Origin: Macrostomum lignano
Lineage: Eukaryota
Reading direction: 5' to 3'
Assembly: GCA_002269645.1 (NCBI GenBank)
Contig: NIVC01003578.1
Span: forward strand, 1-56,253
Length of the DNA stretch: 56,253 nt
Part shown: piece by piece, positions 48,640 to 56,253 of the stretch
How the letters are laid out: each line of letters starts with the position of its first letter
Numbering within the stretch: position 1 is the first letter of the stretch
Position numbers and translations under genes: made by a program
The notes under the pieces: generated by a model
Told to the model about the DNA's origin: nothing
The model's input: the letters and a program-made list of their open reading frames with translations, nothing else
The model's database searches: none

Positions 48640-49323
48640 GTGAGTGCCGCCCTCAGTTTTAACTGAATTTGTGAGCTGTCAGCAGCGCAGAATGCGCCAG
48701 AATGCTCAAATCGGCTGTCTTATATCTGAAGCTAAAATAAAAGGCCATAGGTATTACTACTGAGGTGAAGAATCGGTAAGTAGTGTGTTGCTCAATGAAA
48801 ACCCGATCGCTCTCTGAGAGTCAGCAAATTCAAAAGATTTTCCTTAAATTCAAATAATACTACTCGTTAATCACTTCATCTCAGTAGTATGTCCTGTTTG
48901 CTAATAAGTTTGGCCTTATTTTTTATGCAAAGCGGTCGACTGAGCATTCTGGCCTGTTCTGCGCTTTAGAGGGGATTTCAGCTTAGTCAGAAAATGGTTT
49001 CCGGCTTATCAGACCCGCCGTCTCCCCGTGGTCTCCCACTGACTGCACTGAGCAGGCATGTACACTTCACTGTGCCTTGGGGGTTGGGCCTCAAGGCCGT
49101 TAATTGCACGAGCAGAGCCAAGCTGAGATTCCAGTTTAGCCCCAAATTCATGTGAGTGCACTTGGAATGGAGCTCGGGCCGCTGGCACATCAGAGCGCCG
49201 CGCCAGACTACTTGGCGCTTCCATTTTCCGACTAGTAAAAATTTGATTTTATGAAAGTCCCGGTCCAGACTCCAGCATCATCCGTGCCGCTCTCTGATCT
49301 CCCGAACTAAAATCGCAAATTAG

Positions 49324-49488
49324 CGAAATTGCGCCTCGGAGTCGTCAGCCAGCGATGAAGCTGAGCGGGAATCTGCGCCAGCAGCCAGCAGCTGCCTGGA
49401 CGGCCTGCCGCAGGTCAGCGCCGCCCGCAGCCTGCTTGACCTCTGGCGCCGCCGGGAGTCGCAGGCGGCTGCGGCTGCGCAATTCCAG
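49324..49488 (+). CDS. LIM-domain gene exon (…SAARSLLDLWRRRESQ…FQ)
   Basis: AATTAG acceptor, GTTGAT donor, phase 0-0, 55 codons. Confidence 0.6.
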
Positions 49489-49599
49489 GTTGATCATTCG
49501 CATTGTTGTCCTGCCTGTCACTCCTTATCTTCCTGTCACTCACTGTCATTTATGAGACTGGATTCTGTCTCTGACTAGACTCTGCCATTCTCTGGAGGT

Positions 49600-49878
49600 C
49601 TCTAGATCCTGACAGTCTCTAGACCTGGACTGGCAGTCTCTAGACCTGGACTGGCAGTCTCTAGACCGGGACTGTCACTCTGTCTGGCACTCTAGACCTG
49701 GATCTCTAGACCTGTCAGTCTCTAGATCTGGACTGACAGTCTCTAGACCTGGACTGGCAGTCTCTAGATCTGGACTGACAGTCTCTAGACCTGGACTGGC
49801 AGTCTCTAGACCTGGACTGACAGTCTTTAGACCTGGGCTGGCAGTCTCTAGAACTTGACTGACAGTCTCCAGACCTGA
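49600..49878. repeat. 21-bp minisatellite (CTCTAGACCTGGACTG(G/A)CAGT)n
   Basis: Visible array. Confidence 0.92.
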
Positions 49879-49927
49879 CACGTGTTGAAAATGCCCTTAA
49901 TTCCTAAATCGCTATCGCTTGCTAAAG

Positions 49928-50007
49928 GGCTCCCGCATCAGCTCGATGTGGGAGAAGGCGCTTGAGGAGGAGACCAAGCGACCCCGGCAGAACAGGATAG
50001 ACCCCAC
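49928..50007 (+). CDS. LIM-domain gene exon (GSRISSMWEKALEEETKRPRQNRID…)
   Basis: CTAAAG acceptor, GTGAGT donor; needs one extra C in the CCCC run to be phase 0 with the next exon. Confidence 0.6.
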
Positions 50008-50349
50008 GTGAGTGTGCAGCAAAACTGGCGAGCTTCTCCAGTTTTGACAAGCATGATTTTCCCGTGTTGGAAGCTGCGAGCCCGAGATTTCCGCGTGTTT
50101 AGAGAGCGCACCCGTGCATTTGTACTTTTGCTGTTTTTTTATTTGTGTCAAGTTTAACTGACTCACGGTTTGCACTTTTCTGCGCCTCTCACCGGTTATT
50201 TTATTACTCTGTGTAATTATTTGTCCTGCTTTCCTACTTTTCATTTATATGGAAAATCCTTTGCTTGTTACATAAAGTGTTCCAGTCATGTACGAGTATG
50301 TGCGCGAACTGATGGCAGTTTGTCTGCCCTGTGTCCGCATGAGCTGTTC

Positions 50350-50795
50350 TGCTTGCGTGTGCGGTTCAGAACAAAGACTAGCAGCTGGCTGAGATGCTTG
50401 CGTGTGCGGTTCAGAACAAAGACCAGCAGCTGGCTGAGATGCTTGCGTGTGCGGTTCAGAACAAAGACCAGCAGCTGGCTGAGATGCTTGCGTGTGCGGT
50501 TCAGAACAAAGACCAGCAGCTGGCTGAGATGCTTGCGTGTGCGGTTCAGAACAAAGACCAGCAGCTGGCTGAGATGCTTGCGTGTGCGGTTCAGAACAAA
50601 GACCAGCAGCTGGCTGAGATGCTTGCGTGTGCGGTTCAGAACAAAGACCAGCAGCTGGCTGAGATGCTTGCGTGTGCGGTTCAGAACAAAGACCAGCAGC
50701 TGGCTGAGATGCTTGCGTGTGCGGTTCAGAACAAAGACCAGCAGCTGGCTGAGATGCTTGCGTGTGCGGTTCAGAACAAAGACCAGCAGCTGGCA
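50350..50795. repeat. 45-bp tandem repeat x ~10
   Basis: GCTTGCGTGTGCGGTTCAGAACAAAGACCAGCAGCTGGCTGAGAT, near-perfect copies. Confidence 0.97.
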
Positions 50796-50950
50796 GCAGT
50801 GCACGCAGCAAGTCACCGCTTTTTTCTCGCGTCACCTCGGAGCCCCGCATGCCGCCTGCCGTCTGCCGTGACCAATTCCGAATCTGCCACCGAGTCTGCA
50901 ACCCCGAATCCGCAAACGAATCTAATTTCAAACTTCGCACGCCAACGCAG

Positions 50951-51148
50951 CAAGAGATCCAGTCCTTCGCCTCGCAGTCGGCCACCGCAGTCTACGAGAA
51001 CGAGCCCGCCCCGCTGCCCGATGGTGTCGTGCGGTACGGCCAGTCCGCTACCGACGGAGCACAGGACCAGCTGGAGCAGCAGTACACCAAACGGCTCAAG
51101 GAGAAGTTCCTGCTCGAGTCCCAGCAGCAGAAAACTGTGGAGAGACCG
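50951..51148 (+). CDS. LIM-domain gene exon (…AVYENEPAPLPDGVVRYG…KRLKEKFLLE…)
   Basis: ACGCAG acceptor, GTGAGA donor, phase 0-0. Confidence 0.82.
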
Positions 51149-51164
51149 GTGAGAGTCAAGTTGT

Positions 51165-51915
51165 TCCAGTCTGACTCAAACTGTCTCAGTCTCACTCAAG
51201 CTGACCCAGTCTCACTCAAACTGTCCCAGTCTCACTCAAACTGTCCCAGTCTCACCTCAAGCTGTCCCAGACTCACTCAAACTGTCCCATACTCACTCAA
51301 GCTGTCCCAGACTCACTCAAGCTGTCCCAGTCTCACTCAAGCTGTCCCAGACTCACTCAAGCTGTCCCAGTCTCACTCAAACTGTCCCAGTCTCACCTCA
51401 AGCTGTCCCAGACTCACTCAAACTGTCCCATACTCACTCAAGCTGTCCCAGACTCACTCAAGCTGTCCCAGTCTCACTCAAACTGTCCCAGTCTCACCTC
51501 AAGCTGTCCCAGACTCACTCAAACTGTCCCATACTCACTCAAGCTGTCCCAGACTCACTCAAGCTGTCCCAGTCTCACTCAAGCTGTCCCAGACTCACTC
51601 AAGCTGTCCCAGTCTCACTCAAACTGTCCCAGTCTCACCTCAAGCTGTCCCAGACTCACTCAAACTGTCCCATACTCACTCAAGCTGTCCCAGACTCACT
51701 CAAGCTGTCCCAGTCTCACTCAAGCTGTTCCAGACTCACTCAAGCTGTCCCAGTCTCACTCAAGCTGTCCCAGACTCACTCAAGCTGTCCCAGACTCACT
51801 CAAGCTGTCCCAGACTCACTCAAGCTGTCCCAGTCACACTCAAGCTGTCCCAGACTCACTCAAACTGTCCCAGTCACACTCAAGCTGTCCCAGGCTCACC
51901 CAAACTTCCCCAGTC
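51165..51915. repeat. 20-bp minisatellite (CTCACTCAAGCTGTCCCAG(A/T))n
   Basis: Visible array. Confidence 0.96.
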
Positions 51916-51944
51916 TCACTTCACCTTGCCTCCCCAATCCTCAG

Positions 51945-52313
51945 CCCATCCGTCTAGACGAAGGCGAGGGCGGCATCTACGAGAACGAGCCGGTGCAGCT
52001 GCCCGACGTTGTCCGGCCGGACCCCGCGGCGGCCGAGGACTACCGGCTGTACGCTGAGGGCAAGTGCGCCACCCTGGCCAAGCAGCGCTTCATGTCCGAG
52101 GCGGCGCAGAAGGCGGCCTCGGCCGAGCGACGCGTGGTGCTGGAGCTTGCCAACGATAGCGGTGTGTACGAGAACTGTCCGGAGGTCCGCGACGATGTCG
52201 CCCGCTGGGGCGCCCAGGACGAGGCAGCCGCCTTCGATCCGGCCGGCGCCTACAGCCGCGCAGTCAGCGCCTGGCAGCAGGCCGGCAGCCAGCAGCAGCC
52301 CGCGGCGCCCAAG
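51945..52313 (+). CDS. LIM-domain gene exon (PIRLDEGEGGIYENEPVQLPDVVRPD…GVYENCPEVRDDVAR…)
   Basis: CCTCAG acceptor, GTGAGG donor, phase 0-0, 123 codons. Confidence 0.85.
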
Positions 52314-52324
52314 GTGAGGCTGTC

Positions 52325-53000
52325 TCTGAAGGTGCCTGTCATTCCTCACTCTGTAGTGTCTGTCACTCCTCACTCTGTAGTGTCTGTCACTCCTCACTCT
52401 GTAGTGTCTGTCACTCCTCACTCTGTAGTGTCTGTCACTCCTCACTCTGTAGTGTCTGTCACTCCTCACTCTGTAGTGTCTGTCATTCCTCACTCTGTAG
52501 TGTCTGTCACTCCTCACTCTGTAGTGTCTGTCACTCCTCACTCTGTAGTGTCTGTCATTCCTCACTCTGTAGTGTCTGTCACTCCTCACTCTGTAGTGTC
52601 TGTCACTCCTCACTCTGTAGTGTCTGTCACTCCTCACTCTGTAGTGTCTGTCATTCCTCACTCTGTAGTGTCTGTCACTCCCCACACCACCGAGTCTGTC
52701 ACTCCTCACACCACCGAGTCTGTCACTCCCCACACCACCGAGTCTCACTCCCCACACCACCGAGTCTGTCACTCCCCACACCACCGAGTCTCACTCCCCA
52801 CACCACCGAGTCTGTCACTCCCACACCACCGAGTCTGTCACTCCCCACACCACCGAGTCTCACTCCCCACACCACCGAGTCTGTCACTCCCCACACCACC
52901 GAGTCTCACTCCCCACACCACCGAGTCTGTCACTCATCACCACAGTGTCTGTCACTCATCACCACAGTGTGTGTCACTCCCCACACCACCCAGTCCGTCA
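52325..53000. repeat. 24-bp minisatellite drifting from TGTCACTCCTCACTCTGTAGTGTC to TGTCACTCCCCACACCACCGAGTC
   Basis: Visible array with a unit switch near 52680. Confidence 0.95.
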
Positions 53001-53040
53001 CTCATCACCAGTGTCTGTAACTCCCCCTGCCGCCCGCAGC

Positions 53041-53344
53041 CGCTGGACTTCGATCCGCAGACCGGCGAATTCGTCGGGGCCCGCGCGGCCCGCCAGCAGT
53101 ACGAAGCGCAGCCTCAGCAACAGCTCGGCGCCGAAGCCCAAAGCCCCCGTGGCCCTGGAGATGGGGCAGGGGCGGCGTCTACGAGAACCAGCCGCAGAAG
53201 CTGCTGCCTGACGTGGTGCAGTACCAGGCTGGCGGCGGCGGCGAGCTTGGCGACATCCGCGGCACCGCCAGCGCCGCCAAGCGGCAGCTGCTGCTCCGAC
53301 AGCGCGAGGCGGAGGAGGCCGCCAGAGCCGGCCGGCCTGGAATG
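53041..53344 (+). CDS. LIM-domain gene exon (PLDFDPQTGEF…GVYENQPQKLLPDVVQY…), frameshifted
   Basis: CCGCAG acceptor, GTGAAT donor; the peptide is spread over three frames, implying small indels. Confidence 0.7.
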
Positions 53345-53484
53345 GTGAATTTTGCTGCTGCTGCTGCTGCTGCTGCCGCTGTGTGTGTGCTGCTGCTGGC
53401 TGTTGCACTGCAGCTGCGGCACATTGCCTGACCCTCCTCTCTGCGTGCGCACCGCAGCTGGCTGGCGGCAGGTATTGGCGCAGT

Positions 53485-54360
53485 TCTGTCTGTGTGCTGT
53501 GTCTGTGTGTGTCTGTGTGCTGTGTCTGTGTGCTGTGTCTGTGTGCTGTGTCTGTGTGTGTCTGTGTGCTGTGTCTGTGTGCTGTGTCTGTGTGTGTCTG
53601 TGTGCTGTGTCGGTGTGTGTCTGTGTGCTGTGTCTGTGTGTGTCTGTGTGCTGTGTCGGTGTGCTGTGTCTGTGTTGTCTGTGTGCTGTGTCTGTGTGTG
53701 TGTGTCTGTGTGCTGTGTCGGTGTGCTGTGTCTGTGTGTGTCTGTGTGCTGTGTCGGTGTGCTGTGTCTGTGTGCTGTGTCTGTGTGTGTCTGTGTGCTG
53801 TGTCGGTGTGCTGTGTCTGTGTGTGTCTGTGTGCTGTGTCTGTGTGTGTCTGTGTGCTGTGTCGGTGTGCTGTGTCTGTGTGTGTCTGTGTGCTGTGTCT
53901 GTGTGTGTCTGTGTGCTGTGTCGGTGTGCTGTGTCTGTGTGCTGTGTCTGTGTGCTGTGTCTGTGTGTCTGTGTGCTGTGTCTGTGTGCTGTTTTTGTGT
54001 GCTGTGTCTGTGTGCTGTGTCTGTGTGTGTCTGTGTGCTGTGTCTGTGTGTTGTGTCTGTGTGTGTCTGTGTGCTGTGTCTGTGTGTTTCTGTGTGCTGT
54101 GTCTGTGTGTGTCTGTGTGCTGTGTCTGTGTGTGTCGGTGTGCTGTGTCTGTGTGTGTCTGTGTGCTGTGTCTGTGTGTGTCTGTGTGCTGTGTCTGTGT
54201 GCTGTGTCTGTCTGTTTGTTGTGTATGTCTGCTGTGTGCTAACATAACATAACTAATGTGTCAGTTTGTTGTCTGTGATCTAATTGTTCAGTTAGGGGAA
54301 TGTCTGCTGTGTCTGTCTGCTGTGTCTGTCTGCTGTGTCTGCTGTGTCTGTCTGTTTGTT
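53485..54360. repeat. Compound GT-rich microsatellite (CTGTGTG…)
   Basis: Visible array. Confidence 0.96.
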
Positions 54361-54551
54361 CTGCACATGCATTACTTTTGTCACCTGTGCGCTCTGCTAT
54401 AGTTGACCCAATTTCACTCAATGCATTTTTCTTTTTTGTCTTTTAATGTCGCGCACTTTAAAGCTCACAGAAATCTTTGCTCGCAGCTTCTCACGCAGCT
54501 CCGCCCCCTCCAACCGCCTCTCTCATCGCACTGCTCGGACCCGCCCTGCAG

Positions 54552-54653
54552 ATTGACATCTGGGCCGAGCTCTCAGAGCACAGTGGCGTCTTCGAGAACG
54601 ATCCGCAGCAGCGGCCCGCTGACCTCATCTGGAGCGGCCGCTCCGATGATTGA
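54552..54653 (+). CDS. LIM-domain gene last coding exon (IDIWAELSEHSGVFENDPQQRPADLIWSGRSDD*)
   Basis: CTGCAG acceptor in phase 0; carries the sixth repeat; TGA at 54651. Confidence 0.8.
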   Translation: MDIWAELSEHSGVFENDPQQRPADLIWSGRSDD

Positions 54654-54750
54654 TGATGAAGCTTACATTTACTTCGGGAGTCTGGAACTTGAGGGGAGCA
54701 AAGCTTTGCCGCACGGCTCAGCACCGCTGTAGTTTAGCTGGGAGCTCTGC

Positions 54751-55300
54751 CAGGGGCGTAGCTGGCGTCGGGAGTTTACTCGGCCTCCGGTAGCAACCCA
54801 AGCCCCCACAACACCCCAACCTCCACAACACCCCAACCACCACAACATCCCAACCTCCAGCGGCACCCCAATTCCCACAACACCCCAGCCCCCACAACAC
54901 CCCAGCCCCACAACACCCAGCCCCCACAACACCCCAGCCCCACAACACCCCAGCCCCACAACACCCCAGCCCCCACAACACCCCAGCCCCCACAACACCC
55001 CAGCCCCACAACACCCCAACCCAAGCAGCACACAACCCCCACAATACCCTAATTCAAGCAGCACCCCAACCCCCACAACACCCCAAACCAACAACCCCAA
55101 CCCCAAGCAGCACCCCACCCCAAGCAGCACACAACCCCCACAATACCCTAATTCAAGCAGCACCCCAACCCCCACAACACCCCAAACCACACAACACCCC
55201 AACCCAAGCAGCACCCCACCCCAAGCAGCCTCAGCCCCCACAACACCCCAACCCCTAGCAGCACCAAATTTCTCTATTTCAAACGATAGCTACGCCCTTG
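54751..55300. mobile_element. Probable hAT-type MITE with C/A-rich internal repeats
   Basis: CAGGGGCGTAGCT…AGCTACGCCCTTG termini like the elements at 22815 and 25199; internal (CCCACAACACCCCAG)n; no TSD match. Confidence 0.5.
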
Positions 55301-55894
55301 AATTCCGAGCAACTACCATAAGTAGGGAAAAAATTCTTATCAGTGCTTTGACAAATCCAGTGACTTCTGCCTGCTATATCGAGTACCAATGCTTAGTGTA
55401 CATTGGGAGCCTTAATGCAACTGTTAAGAGTATGCTATAAAAGTACTTGTCGGTTCCTCGCGGCTGTTCACCTCACACATTACAATAATTTTCATGCTGG
55501 CTTGCCTTGCGTGTTTGTAGCCAGATTCGATTCACCATATACTACTGCTGCTTAACGGTTTGCAGTTCCGTGCATGCAGGTATTTATTTGCTTGCGTATC
55601 ATTCTGTGTGGAATTCTTTTTGTGTAAGCTAAATTTGTTAATTGCTTTTAATTTGAGCACACTTGTCCGTATTTAGAAGTCCTTGAATGCAGCTAAGCGT
55701 AATAAATGCTCATTTCTCTGGCATGCCTTTTTCTGCTCTGCTGGGTCGGCTGCGCTACTCTGTCTAGCGAAAGTAAATGAAAGTAAAACGGCATGCAAAC
55801 TAATGCCGTTTCACTTGTGCTACAGTAAATAAATGCAACGCTTCTTAATGTAGGAACGTGTTAACCTGATGTATAGCGCATGCAGCGGAATGTA

Positions 55895-56135
55895 CACCCT
55901 GACACCCTGTGTACATACAGTAGAGTGTACACCTGTGTACATACAGTAGAGTGTACACCCTGTGTACATACAGTAGAGTGTACACCCTGTGTACATACAG
56001 TAGAGTGTACACCCTGTGTACATACAGTAGAGTGTACACTCTGTACATACAGCGGATTGTACATCCTATGTATTGTACTCGTATATACAGTGGAAATTAC
56101 AGTCCATATCTAGTTCATACAGCAGAGTGTACACT
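55895..56135. repeat. 27-bp minisatellite (GTGTACATACAGTAGAGTGTACACCCT)n
   Basis: Visible array. Confidence 0.93.
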
Positions 56136-56253
56136 CTATGTACGTGCATCAGATTGTACAGCCGCTAGAGTGCGGTTGTAGTCAGCCAGTATCCGCATGG
56201 TTTTACCCGCCTCTCCGACCTGTATCGCGCGCCTCCCATCAACCCTCTACTAA

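Noticed and set aside
52998-54252. Cys/Val-rich and His/Thr/Gln-rich long ORFs (also 40757-41265, 42539-43285, 44999-46196, 51149-51944, 54669-55241)
   Set aside because: Micro/minisatellite translations within introns or MITE interiors, not metallothionein- or keratin-like genes.

Overview
Eukaryotic (metazoan) genomic DNA with spliceosomal GT-AG introns. The GC-rich, poly-Gln/Ala exons and minisatellite-stuffed introns resemble the flatworm Macrostomum lignano; that is an inference from style, not a database match. Contents left to right: (1) a 3-exon SNAP29-like SNARE gene (+) with several single-base frameshifts; (2) a near-intact Chapaev (CMC superfamily, RAG1/Transib-related) DNA transposon (4171-7139) with ~127-bp TIRs, a TACT TSD and one nonsense codon, nested in an older MITE; (3) a ~121-bp satellite; (4) a giant secreted Cys-rich gene (-), about 4,300 aa after repairing two homopolymer frameshifts and adding a hidden terminal exon, containing ~32.4 apparently identical 345-bp/115-aa units; (5) an AT-rich, CpG-poor zone of MITEs, a ~570-bp foldback palindrome and a possible Gypsy relic; (6) a ~23-kb multi-exon gene (+) for an EPLIN/LIMA1/LIMD2-type LIM protein with six G-x-Y/F-E-N-x-P...DVV repeats, a candidate internal start exon and a dense cluster of RFX X-box-like motifs. 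No rRNA, tRNA or CRISPR array is supported. Exon boundaries were inferred by hand from splice signals and phase consistency.
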